Of a DNA stretch of 64,000 nt, positions 52,578-64,000 are shown piece after piece. The first letter of the stretch is position 1, and each line of letters opens with the position of its first letter. The position numbers and the translations under genes are program-made. Below the pieces are notes generated by a model. It was not told the origin of the DNA, searched no databases, and saw only the letters and a program-made list of their open reading frames with translations. This DNA comes from Chiloscyllium plagiosum (lineage: Eukaryota): the NCBI RefSeq assembly GCF_004010195.1, contig NC_057718.1, positions 85,153,136 to 85,217,135 of the forward strand, read 5' to 3'.

Positions 52578-53835
52578 CCTTTAATTTCTGCTTAACTGAT
52601 TCTCCCCAATTTCTTTCATGTGAACTCGGGAGTCTTCTTACATGAAAACAAAACCGAGACCTTAAACCTTTTCAGTTTCCAATTATCTACAGATTTCTAA
52701 CCAAATCCTCATGGCTTGTAAGCTGCACAAATAAACTGCTGAGGTAATATATTCCAATAACTGCTCTGAAAAACTCCTTCCTAGGAGAGAAACTACGTTT
52801 GCGTCAGACTCTAATTAACTGTATACCCATCTTCCCTGAACTGTCCTAACATCTTTCAATTTTTCATGTTTCTAAACTGAAATTGATCCTTGATTAACGT
52901 GAAGTGGAAACAAGCTTCAATGCTTTTCCTACTTGTTGTAAACTCCATAGTATTACCAATTTTCCATTAACACTTCAGGATTTACAGTCATTCGCTCTCT
53001 GAGCAATGCTGGAGTAAGGTACTATCTCATGAGGACTTGGATCTTAATTTTATTTTAAAGAAAGCCCTTCTCAAATATAACATCCATATGTCACTAATTT
53101 GAAATGTAAACTCTAAAAATATCAATATATTTCAAATTACATACCTTTCATCACACTGACATTTTGACCATTAGACATAACACAGCAGATGGAATATGAT
53201 AAATTTTACTATACTCATTTCTGGAATGATTAGATTGTCCTGCAAGGAGAAATTGTGTAAATTTGGCATATACTTCTTGGATGTTAGAAGAATGAGAAAA
53301 ATTTTAAGGGGTTTGACAGGGCATTTGCTGAGAAAATGTTTCCCTATTTGGGGAATCTGGAACTTGGTCACAATCTGAGAAGATAGAATCTCTTCGGATT
53401 ATTTGTGACTGAGAATGATGGGAATTTCCCCGTCAAAATGTTATGAGTTATAATCTGTAGATGCTCAATTATTGCTCATATATTCAAAACATACTAATAG
53501 GTATTCATTCAGAAAATGAATGAAGGGCTTTGGGGTTAGTGCAGTTAGGTTGAAAAAGATGACCAGGCATGTTGCCAGGACCAGGCATCTTTTTGAATAC
53601 CAGGGCAGCATAAAAGGGTCAAATGGCCTACTCTTGCTCCAATTTCTTATGCTATTATGACAGCCATATTACATTGATGTTGTAGTTTTGCAGTAAGTTA
53701 AGGTATTATAATTGTCTTCCTCTGCAATGAATGAATTTATTAAGTAAAATTTGTGAGACATCATTGACTGATTTGGATGATACTGGATCTCACAGACTGA
53801 CTGGGCCTCTGAGCAAAGGACAAAAAGAAATAAAG

Positions 53836-54009
53836 GGTCGAGAATGTCATGCTGGAAAAGCACAGCAGGCCAGGCAGCATCCGAGGAGCAAGAGAATCAA
53901 TGTTTCAGGCATAAGACCTTCATCAGCAAAGGCTTATGCTCGAAACGTAAATTCTCCTGCACTACAGTTTTGACTCTGATCTCCAGCAACTGCAATCCTC
54001 ACTTTCCCC
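53836..54009. mobile_element. Penelope terminal-repeat fold-back element
   Basis: Same family sequence, inverted arrangement; flanking AGAAATAAAG direct repeat. Confidence 0.7.
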
Positions 54010-54936
54010 AAATAGAAATAAAGCATTGATACAGCAAGTTTAAGAATGTTAGGTGTACCAATGTGCTTTACAACCTATGCAGTACTTTTGAAAAGCAATG
54101 TAGAATTGACAGCAGCCAATTTGCACAGGGCAAGAATATACAAACAAGGAGATTATGACCAGGTTTCTGTTTTGTGATGTTGTTTAAGGAATAAGTATTG
54201 AATAGTCATCAAGGAGAATTCCCTTGCCCTTCTTTAAAATAGTTATGGGGAATCTTTATTTTAAATTATTCATGGGATGGTGATGATCACTGGCATGGCC
54301 AGCATTTGTTACTCATTTCCAATAACCCTTAAAAGGTCAGCCACCTTCTTTAATCAATGTCAACCATTTCTTGTATGTATATTTGTAGCACCGTTAAGAA
54401 GTTCAGGGTAGTTGACACAGCGACAGTGAAGGAATGTCAATGCAGTTCCGAGTCAGGATAAAGTTCATAAAGGAGCTTCCAGGTAATGATGTTTCCTTAC
54501 TTCAGCTGTTCTTGTCCTTTTAGGTAGTAAAGGTGCATTTGGAAGGTGCTGGTGAAGGAGGCTTGGCGAGTTGTAGACAGTACACATTATTTCAAAAGTG
54601 GGAATATTAGATTCACCAGTCTTTCATGAATATTTCTTCATTAATTCTGATATAAATATTTGAAGGAATAATACCATACATACAAATCTACTAAAATATA
54701 CTCTTGTCAAAGATGACATGTTGCTATCACTTCATTACCCACATATTATACTATTACCAAGGGGTTTCAGTACATTTTCATTGATTAAAAATGGGAACTC
54801 TTGCTCCAAGGAGAATAAAAACCAGAAATTAGGTAAGAAGCATTCTAACAATATTTATGTATTTATCCCAACTCTCCAAAGGAGCAATTCACTCACACCT
54901 TTGTTATGCCTTATTCCCTCAACTTAGAATATTATT

Positions 54937-55186
54937 TCAAAGTTTGTGAGAAGATTTGTAGCTCGGGTGCTCGTTGCTGTGGTTCTTTTCGCCGAGCTGG
55001 AAGTTTTTGTTGCAAACGTTTCGTCCCCTGTCTAGGTGACATCCTCAGTGCTTGGGAGCCTCCTGTGAAGCGCTTCTGTGGTGTTTCCTCCGGCATTTAT
55101 AGTGGCCTCTCCCTGCCTCCCAAGCACTGAGGATGTCACCTAGACAGGGGACGAAATGTTTGCAACAAAAACTTCCAGCTCGGCGA
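54937..55186. mobile_element. Second-family Penelope fold-back element with hammerhead cores on both strands
   Basis: 70-bp inverted arms 54989-55058 and 55117-55186 (1 mismatch); GCA-CTGAGGA-TGTCACC...GGGGAC-GAAAC-GTT-TGC on - at 55012-55051; 13-bp TSD TTAGAATATTATT at 54924-54936 and 55187-55199. Confidence 0.8.
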
Positions 55187-55519
55187 TTAGAATATTATTC
55201 CTTTTCAAATAGGCTATGAATACTACCAATGACATCTCTGGATGGCACAAAATAAGACATATGAACAAAGAGCAACCAATGTCATTTGGAAGCAATAAAA
55301 AGCAGTTGCCAGTCTCAAGGATGGGGCTGCTGGAAGTGTGTGTAATAGGATAAGGAATCAGGTGCTGTGAATCATGTTCTGGACCAAGTGTGAGTAACGG
55401 GGGTCAGATTGTAAGGCCTTTGAAAGGCAACTAAAGGTTAGCACTATTCCAGCAGCTATCCTTTGGTAGGAACACAAACTTGAATGAGAAGATTCTTAGA
55501 TAGGAAGGCAAATGCAATT

Positions 55520-58500
55520 TTTAAAAAAATATATAGTTTTATTAAAAAAAGGAATTTTTTCTTTTGAATATTACAACGAATACAAAAGCAAACAATTCAA
55601 ACCAATATTAAAAAACAAACCCACAAATTACACAGATAAATAAATAATAACTAAGCTAAAATTGGAAAATCTTAACAATAATAATAACAATCATAATACA
55701 GTTCAGCGAAACAAACCAATAGCCCTCGATCATCGAGCACATAAGTTTATATATATTCATATGTTCATAGTTCCTCCTCACTGGATACCAGATTCATGAC
55801 ATAGAATTGTCATGGCTATATAAAGGCTCTTATTAGTATGCCGGACAAATCTGTACCCAGGTAGTCCAAAAAGGGCTGCCATGTCTTATAGAAATTCTCA
55901 GTCTTATAGTGCACCATACTCATAAGAAAGTCCAAAAGAATGTGCTCCATGACTACCTTATGCCAACCCGCCAGCCCCGGAAAATTTTCCGACATCCACC
56001 CGAATAGAATGTTCTTTCTTGCACAAAGAGTGATGATACTGAAAATCTTTTTCTCATGTGCATCTAATGAAAGCGAATTAACAAAACCAAGAAGAAGAGA
56101 TACCAGGTCCATCTCCACCTCTGTCCCCAAGGCCTTGTCTATTTCACCTACCACAGCTGTCCAGACAGCCCGCAGTCTGTGGAATGACCAAAAACAATGA
56201 ATAAGCGTGCCAATGTTCATTTTACATTTAGGACACATTGGAGATGCTCCCTCTTTAAATTTAGTGAGGTGGTCTATGGCCAAATGGTCCCTGTGGAGTA
56301 TCTTCAATTGCAAGACATGGGTCCTGTTGCAAATCAAGATCCTTCTTGCATTTTCCCAGATAGCCTCCATATTTCAGAAAGGATCTCAATGTCGAATTCC
56401 CACTCCCATACCCGACAGAGCAGTTCTGTCTCATCCGAGGGACCCTCTCCCAGTAGATGATAAGCATTGCTAACAAATAACCTACCCTTAGCACTCAACA
56501 CCCTTAGAAGGGTGGTCTCTTTTCGTATGAAATTTCTAATTTGAAAGAAACGAAAGAGGTCCCTACTGGGCAATTCATATTTCCGAATCAACTCGTCAAA
56601 GGACATCAATACTGTCCCCTTCGAATAAATCACCCAGGAACAACATGCCCCTAGCTGCTCACAGTTTAAACCCAGAGTCCATCAGCCCAGCTAAAAGCAC
56701 AACACACCAACTATGGGTGTAAAAAATGATGTTTTAGCAATATTACCCTGATACTTTGCCCTCCATGCCTTGACAGTACTGATGACTATTGGGCTATAGT
56801 AATATTCTTTAACTGTTGTCATTTTGTCTAAGAACAGCATGCTAATAAGGGGGCATCTTGCCAGAGATATTTCGATGTCCAACCAAAGTGAGTGAGGGTC
56901 TCCCTGGGCCCAATCTTTCACGTGAGATAGCAACGAGCTTAACTGATAGTTTTTGATATCTGGAAGGCCCACTCCTTCCAATCCTAAGGTAACTGCAATT
57001 TAGTCAATTTAATTAGGGGCAACTTGTGATACCAGTTAAAAGAACTGAACCAGCCATTCAGTCTTCTAAATATTTGCTTAATAAAAAGCAGATGAGGCAT
57101 TCGCATAGGATTCAACAGGCAGAGCAAAAGGTTCATTTTAGTGAGGGCTACCCGATCTAACCAAGAAGTGCCTCCCACCTACGAAGGTCCTGCTTGATTC
57201 TGTCAAATAAATGGGGAAAATTGGTTTTAAATAGTCGATTAAGAACGGGAGTAATAAATATACCAAAGTAGAGAAAGCCCTTCTGTGATCATCTAAAGGG
57301 GAACTGAGATCCACTCGCAGGATCAGGCACTCTTGTGAGACCACCCATGGGCATGGCCTCTGATTTCACAACATTTATCTTATAATCCACAAAGCAACCA
57401 AATAAATTGATGCATTGTATCAGTTATGGCCCTGAGACTGTCGGGTTTGATAAGAAGACAAGAACGTTATCTGCATACAGTGCGATCTTATGTGACTTCA
57501 TCCCCACTTCTGCAGCGGTTATATTGGGATCCCTATGTATTGCCTCCGCCAGCGATTCAATCACCAATGTGAAAAGCAATGGTGACAAGGGACAGCCCTG
57601 TCAACTGCCCCTACGAATATTAAAATTGCTTGACCATAAATCATTGGTGAGGACCGCAGCAAGAGAATCATGATACAAAACCTCCACCCACCTGATGATG
57701 GTCTTTCCCAGGCCGAATTGCTTTGAAGTATGAAAAGAATATGGCCACTCAACCCTGTCAAATGCCTTTTCCGCATCTAAGGAGAGATCACCAATCCCTG
57801 TACCAATCGCTGTTGACATACTTGGATCATGTTAAGTAATCTCCTGACATTATCCATCAATCTGTGACCTTTTATGAATTCTGGTCCTCCTTAATGATAG
57901 GACCAGAATTCATAAAAGATAGGATTTTGAAGTTGACATTCAGAAGTGACTTGGGCCTATAGGAAGCACAGTCCTCTGGGGCCTTCCTTTTTTTAAGAAT
58001 CTCCTCTTGACGCCATCATAGGACTTACTTTTCTGGAGTACTTCCGCCGAGAAGTCTTGAAAAAAACATGACTCTGGAGCCACAAAATAACAATGCCCTT
58101 GGGTCCTTCCCCTGTGCTATAGAGGGTTCCATGACCCTCTGCTTATCTTTGTAATGATGGAACTTTACCAGGACAGGGTGTGGGCACTGATCCGTACCTG
58201 ACTTTCGTGTCATGATCCTGTGGGCTCTTTCAATTGTTATCCTTATCTTCTCAACCTCCAAACTAAGGAATTCTGGGAACCACTTCTTGAAGAGCTACAC
58301 CGGTTGCTCACCTTCTGTCCCCTCCGATATGCAAATAATGTGCAGGTTCTTTCTTTTGCCCGTTTTCAGAAATCACCTAGCCGATCCAACAGACCGCGGA
58401 CTGCGTTTCCAGGGCTTCAATCTGGCTCTCGGAGGAGTCAGTCTCTGCCTCTACCCCCGCAGTCCCGCACTTGAGTTTATCGGTCATTTTTCCCAGGTCT

Positions 58501-58820
58501 TGCAGCATAGCAGATACAGGAGCCAGCTCCTCTTAGATTTTTTTGTGGATCTGCCTCCCCAGGACCTCGTGAGATTTGGCCAGCTCCTCAACCAGGGTCT
58601 GGTGAGTAAGCAAGCTCACTGCTTCAATGGTTTGGGCTGTGTGCCCTGGGCGAGCTTCCACCTTTTTTCTCTAGCTGCAAAAATTGATTTTTTTTCAGGT
58701 TTCTAGCTCCTTTACTGTATTTTTACTCATAGTGAAGTGTATGGGAGGGGTTCCAGCGCTGTCAGGTTGGTTTTGCAGTGTGATGCCCAGCAAACGCGAT
58801 CCTAACATGACGCTGCCAGC
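55520..58820 (-). mobile_element. L1-clade LINE relic (ORF1, RT and C-terminal zinc knuckle; endonuclease region missing)
   Basis: IERAHRI...PVLVKFHHYKDKQRVM (ORF1p), SLDAEKAFDRVEW, YADN at 57466-57477, CPKC....GTLIHCFWS; A-rich tail near 55520-55700. Confidence 0.85.
57869..57918. repeat. Perfect 20-bp inverted repeat with 10-nt spacer
   Basis: CTTTTATGAATTCTGGTCCT (57869-57888) / AGGACCAGAATTCATAAAAG (57899-57918). Confidence 0.9.
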
Positions 58821-58829
58821 TTGGATTGC

Positions 58830-59465
58830 CGCACAAATACAATTTTGGCATTTATTTTGAGAGGATTTGAATATAAAAGCAGGGATGTACTTCTGAGGCT
58901 TTATAACGCTCTGGTCAGACCACATTTGGAGTATTGTGTGCAGGTTTGGGCCCCATTTCTCAGGAAGGATGTACTGGCCCTGGAGTGTGTTCAGAGGAGG
59001 TTCGCGAGAATGGTACTAGGACTAAAAAGCTTAAGATGTGAAGAACATTTGAGGACACCGGATTTATACTCGATGGAGTTTAGAAGGATGAGGGGGGCAT
59101 CTAATTGAAATATTTAAAAAACTGAATGGTCTGGACACAGTAGATGTTGCGAAGATGTTTCCATTGGTAGGAAAGACGAGGAACCGAGGGCATAGCCTTA
59201 GGTTAAAGGGAAGACTTTTTAGAATGGGGAAATGAGAAACGTCTTCAGCCAGAGAGTGGTGAATCTATGGAACTCATTGCCACAGAAGGCTGTGGAGGCC
59301 AGGTCATTGAATATATTTAAGATGGAGATTGATAGGTTCTTGAGTATTAATGGTTACAGCGAGAAATTGGAAGAATGGGGTTGAGAAACTTATTAGCAAT
59401 GATTGAATGGCAGAGCAGACTCAATGGGCTGAATGGCCTAATTTCTGCTCCTATGTCTTATAGGG
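58830..59465 (+). mobile_element. CR1 3' fragment
   Basis: LYNALVRPHLEYCVQVWAP in ORF 58821-59108. Confidence 0.85.
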
Positions 59466-61339
59466 TCATCTGGTTGCAGAAAGGCCTCTTTCCAGACAAC
59501 AAGTGGCATGGCGAGAGCAAAGGCTGAGGGGATCTACTCCATAGACCCAATCAGTAAGAAGTTTTTTTTTCTTATCCCCAGCCTTTAGAGCATCTCTAGG
59601 CTCTTTTGCTCCCTCACCCTCAGCCTGGTGATGGCAATGGCACAAGTGCAGACACATGCGAGTATAATGTTCTCAGACACATGCTGCCTATTGTGGCTAT
59701 CCTACGTCATGTGCCTCATTTGCACATGTGCAGGGGTCATTTGGGCATTATGAATAAATGCTCCATTTCAAATAATCATCAAATTTTCCACTGGATGCGT
59801 GGATTGAATATGCCTTCAGCACACTTTCAGTAGGACGTTCCAACCACCCCAAATTGCTTCAGGAGCACAGTAATTTTGTAAAAAATTACATCCAACCTAA
59901 GAAAGTGATTAAAAACCGAAGGGCTGGAGGTACCCAATGGGTTATCGACAGCTTTTTTGAGATAGGTAGAGAGGTATGATGAGCAAATGAAACAGATTGT
60001 AAAGGTGCTCATAGTTTATGACAATGGGATTGCTAAAAACACAATTTTATAGCCCTTGCAGTTCTCAGTGTGAGAAACAAAAGCTCACTCACTTTAATAA
60101 TTTCAGTCTGAGACCAAAAATCTGAAACAGAGTCGTTTATTTGTACACTTGCTAGTGGGTGCCATGTCTAATGCCAGGTAAGGCAATGACAAATGCACAC
60201 CAAATCCAACAAACTCTAGTTTGAATTCCCATATGTTTTCCTTATTCCATTGTTTGCCCCCATCCTCCGCGTACGTCATTCAGTTCCTTAAGACTGATCC
60301 CACAACTTCTGTTTATCGGGCCTTGTCCGTGACAAATGTCTATCTCTGCCTCCCCCATAAGGTTGTTTGATGTCATCCCATCCTTTGCTTACCATTATCT
60401 ACCCCCTCCATCTGGCTGCCCCTCACAGCATCTTATCACTAAGCCCTTTTAATTGGGGTTTGTTCCTGTGTCTCTGTACAAGTGGGAAACAGATGTTTAT
60501 AAAGGCCTCTTTTCACAGCATTTTATCCAGTGCCTATATTTCTACCATTGTTCTGTAATCACGTCTCATGCTAACATACCATTTTGTAACGGATGATATA
60601 TTTCCTCATTCTTGCTAAGTCAACTCTCGTCCGAAACAATCCCAAACTAATGTGAATTCATTTACTCTGTATCAGAACTTATAATTGCAGAAATAACATT
60701 AATTCACCTATATCCCACATGAGTAAGTTATATCGTTTCAGTCAAACTGTTTCTCTCTTCATAAATGCTTCCAGGGCTGACAGATTTCTTCATCACCTTG
60801 GTTTTGTTTTCCGATGTCTAGCATTAGCAGTATTTTGCTTTTATTTAAAAAAAAGAAATATTAGGGGCAATGCAAAAAAGTCGTGGTGGCTATGAAGGTG
60901 AATGTTGACAATGGAGAAATTAAACAGCAGAGGTTGGAAAGGGATAAAGGATGGGAGGATGTGAAAGAAGCATTGGGAAAGGGAGCATCAGAACGAAGAA
61001 CGGCTAGAGAGAGGGAGGGAGAGAAAAAGGGAGGGAAGGTGAGGATGGAGAAGTGAGAGGGAGGGGGGGAGGGTAATAAGAAACAGCTTGACTGGAAATC
61101 TTTATACAGTAATTATTCGTTGTTCAGCGGGTGATCTAAAGCCTTAGTAAAAGTGACACGCAGAGGTTTGGGAGGGAGAGCTTCATGGCTGACAGTCCCG
61201 AGATAGCCAGGGCAGGAGAGCTGGTTATAGATCTGGAAAGGGTCACTAGAAATTATGACCGATAAGTTTTCAATCACGAACAGGCATGTTTGTTAAAGTT
61301 CCACCTATTTTTTTCTGAAACCCACTTTTTGTTTACACC

Positions 61340-61527
61340 AAGATTACTGCAAAGCTGGCGGATTCTTCAAATGGCACCACTCGGACGGCGGCGAGCACGT
61401 GGCGGAAGTCACGTGCACTCGCGCGACGCCAGGGCGGGAAAGTGGCTGAGATCGTTTGAAAACAACAGTTAGGCGGGAAGCGCGAGGGCGCGGAGGGTGC
61501 GGCGCCGTTAGCCGTCAAATGGTGAGT
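61340..61527 (+). promoter_or_regulatory. CpG-island promoter and probable first exon (ending in ATG) of an unidentified divergent gene
   Basis: CACGTG 61396-61401 and 61410-61415, GCGGAAGT 61402-61409, GGCGGGAAA 61433-61441, TTTGAA 61455-61460, GGCGGGAA 61472-61479; ATG 61519-61521 directly followed by consensus donor GTGAGT 61522-61527. Confidence 0.7.
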
Positions 61528-62329
61528 GCTACCTTGACGGCTACCTACCTTTCATCACCTCAACGGAGAATCCGAGCCGCCAATATCGGAGATCCCCAAG
61601 GCATCGGGGGAAAGGAGGCAGTGCGCAGGGGGGTGGAGATGTGGCAGGAGGCAGTGGAACAGGTTGGGAAGGAGGTGGTGGAGCGGGTGGGGACAGTCAG
61701 GGGAGGAGGCGGTGGCTGGTGACCGGGGAGGAGGNNNNNNNNNNNNNNNNNNNNNNNNNNNNNNNNNNNNNNNNNNNNNNNNNNNNNNNNNNNNNNNNNN
61801 NNNNNNNNNNNNNNNNNNNNNNNNNNNNNNNNNNNNNNNNNNNNNNNNNNNNNNNNNNNNNNNNNNNNNNNNNNNNNNNNNNNNNNNNNNNNNNNNNNNN
61901 NNNNNNNNNNNNNNNNNNNNNNNNNNNNNNNNNNNNNNNNNNNNNNNNNNNNNNNNNNNNNNNNNNNNNNNNNNNNNNNNNNNNNNNNNNNNNNNNNNNN
62001 NNNNNNNNTGGAGGGGGTGCAGGGCTGTGTGTGGGGTTGGTGGGGGAGGGTGCGAGGGCATGGAAGGGGTGGGGTGGGGAAGGCGGCCAGTGTGAAAACA
62101 GAGAAATTAAAGAGAGGTGGGGAAGGGATGGGAGCGTGTCAGAGGATTACTGGTAAAGGGAGGAGCAGAATGAAGAGAAGGAAGATGAAGAGCAGAGAGG
62201 GGGCGAATAGCCCTAACTTTATACAGTACTTTAAATGAGCCATTTGATTTAATTATGATTTTCACTCACCAGCTGCCGTGCTTCACCTTTTATATTCATT
62301 TTGATGTTTACAAATTCAGGTCTGTTATA

Positions 62330-64000
62330 GATCAAAGAGTTGTACAGCATGGAAACAGACCGTTCAATCCAACCAGACCATGCCAAACGTAATCCCAAAC
62401 TAAACACTCCCACCTGCCTCCTCCTGGCCCATATCCCTCCAAACCTTTCCAAAACATGTAATTATCTAAATGTCTTTTAAATGTTGTAATTGTACCCACA
62501 TCCACCACTTCCTCAGGAAGTTCATTCCATACATAAATCACCCTCCGTGTAAAGAAAATTGCTCCTCTTGTTGCTTTAAAATTTCTCTTCTCACCTTTAA
62601 GTGTGCCCCTTAGTCTTTCTTCCCTTCCCGCAACGTTCTGGGATACATTAGATCAGGTCCTGTAAATTTATCCACCTCTATATTCTCTAAGACCTCCCAA
62701 ACTTCGTCTTCTGTAATGTTAACTGTTTTTAAAAAATGAAAATGTACTCCTCTGCATTCTCTATACTCCATTTCTTTCTCCACAATAAAAACTGATACAA
62801 AATATTCATTTAATATCTCCCATCTCTTGGGGTTCAACACAAAGTTGACCTCCTTGATCTTCAAGGGGCACTACCCTCTCTCCACTTACCCTCTTGCTCT
62901 TTATGTATTTGTAGAATCTCAACTGTCTGTGTGGAGTTTGCTCATTCTCCCCGTGTCTGTGTGGGTTTCCTCCGGGTGCTCCAGTTTCCTCCCACAATCC
63001 AAAGATGTGCAGGTTAGGTGAATTGGCCATGCTAAATTGCCCGTAGTGTTAGGTGTAGGGGAATGGGTCTGGGTGGGTTGCTCTTCGAAGGGTCAGTGTG
63101 GACTTGTTGGGCCGAAGGGCCCATTTCCACACTGTAGGGGATCTAATCTAATCTTTCGATTATCCTTAACCTTATCTGCCAATGCTATCTCTTTGCCTTC
63201 CTGATTTCTTTCTTAAGAATGCCCCTATACTGTTTATACTAATTAAACAGTTCAGTTGAACCAGGTTGCCTATATCTAAAAAAGATTTTCTTTTATTCTT
63301 GACTAGAACCTCAATATCTTTATTCATCCATTGTTCCTTAATCGTACCAGCTTCATTCTTCACTCTAACAGGGACATAATACCTCTGAACACTCAATATC
63401 ATACTCTTGAAAGCCTCCCACTTGTCAGTTGTCCCTTTATCTTCAAACAATCTACTCCAGTCAACTTTGAAAGTTCTTGTCTCGTACTATTAAAATTTGT
63501 CTTACTCCAATTAAAATCTTTAATTTTTAGGAAGGTTTATCCTTTTCCATTACCATTTTGAAACTAATAGAATTATGATCACCTGACCCAAAGTGTTCCT
63601 TCATTTTTATTCAGCCAACTGCCCAGCCTTATTGCACAAAATAAGGTCTGGTTTTGCTAGGAGAATCGACCTATTGATAAAGAAAATTTTCTTGGAAGCA
63701 TGTTATATTCTTCACCATCCAAGCCTTTAACACTATTTATTAAAGTCAGTGTGTGGAAAAAAATTTTTTGGGTGGGGGATGCTTCTTTAGTACTGTACAA
63801 TCCCATTAAGGTAGTTAGAACATAGAAGAATACAGCGCAATACAGGCCCTTCGGCCCTCGATGTTGCGCCGAACCAAGCCCACCTAACCTACACTAGCCC
63901 ACTATCCTCCATATGCCTATCCAATGCCCGCTTAAATGCCCATAATGAGGGAGAGTCCACCACTGCTACTGGCAGGGCATTCCATGAACTCACGACTCGT
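62330..64000 (-). mobile_element. CR1 fragments (with V-SINE insert) and another CR1 tail at the right edge
   Basis: WNELPEEVV, ILNEYFVSVF, WEAFKS motifs; tagaacatagaa tail near 63815. Confidence 0.8.
62925..63153 (+). mobile_element. 5'-truncated V-SINE inside a CR1
   Basis: Same central domain and tail as 52132-52474. Confidence 0.8.

Noticed and set aside
52580..52960. Possible gag remnant of the Gmr1 element beyond the nested Gypsy
   Set aside because: Similarity by eye is too weak to support without a profile search.
61519..61527. Naming the divergent gene (for example GINS1 by human synteny)
   Set aside because: Only three coding bases are visible and no downstream exon was recognised in the window.

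Overview
Eukaryotic, repeat-rich genomic DNA, very probably from a shark or other elasmobranch (inferred from HE1-type V-SINEs, SacSINE1-like DeuSINEs and dense CR1 LINEs). The only clearly intact host coding sequence is the 5' part of a glycogen phosphorylase gene, brain-type PYGB, on the minus strand. Six coding exons (41503->276; 243, 102, 79, 104, 132 and 112 nt; all GT-AG) read in frame, and the gene continues off the left edge. About 20 kb upstream, a CpG-rich divergent promoter with E-box, ETS, E2F and CHR motifs and an ATG|GTGAGT junction marks a second, unidentified + strand gene. The rest is transposable-element material: many CR1 LINEs (one nearly intact), an L1-clade relic, a Harbinger transposase relic, a Gmr1-type Gypsy (integrase before RT) with a second Gypsy nested in it, three solo LTRs and several SINE families. 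Two things stand out. (i) Penelope-like elements and their short fold-back derivatives carry minimal hammerhead-ribozyme cores and 12-17 bp target-site duplications (TSDs), scattered through the PYGB introns and upstream region. (ii) A four-layer nest (CR1 > full-length histone H2A pseudogene > Penelope > Penelope) sits 1.3-3 kb upstream of the PYGB start codon. All family assignments come from motif recognition by eye; no database search was run. I see no evidence for a wholly new protein-coding system.
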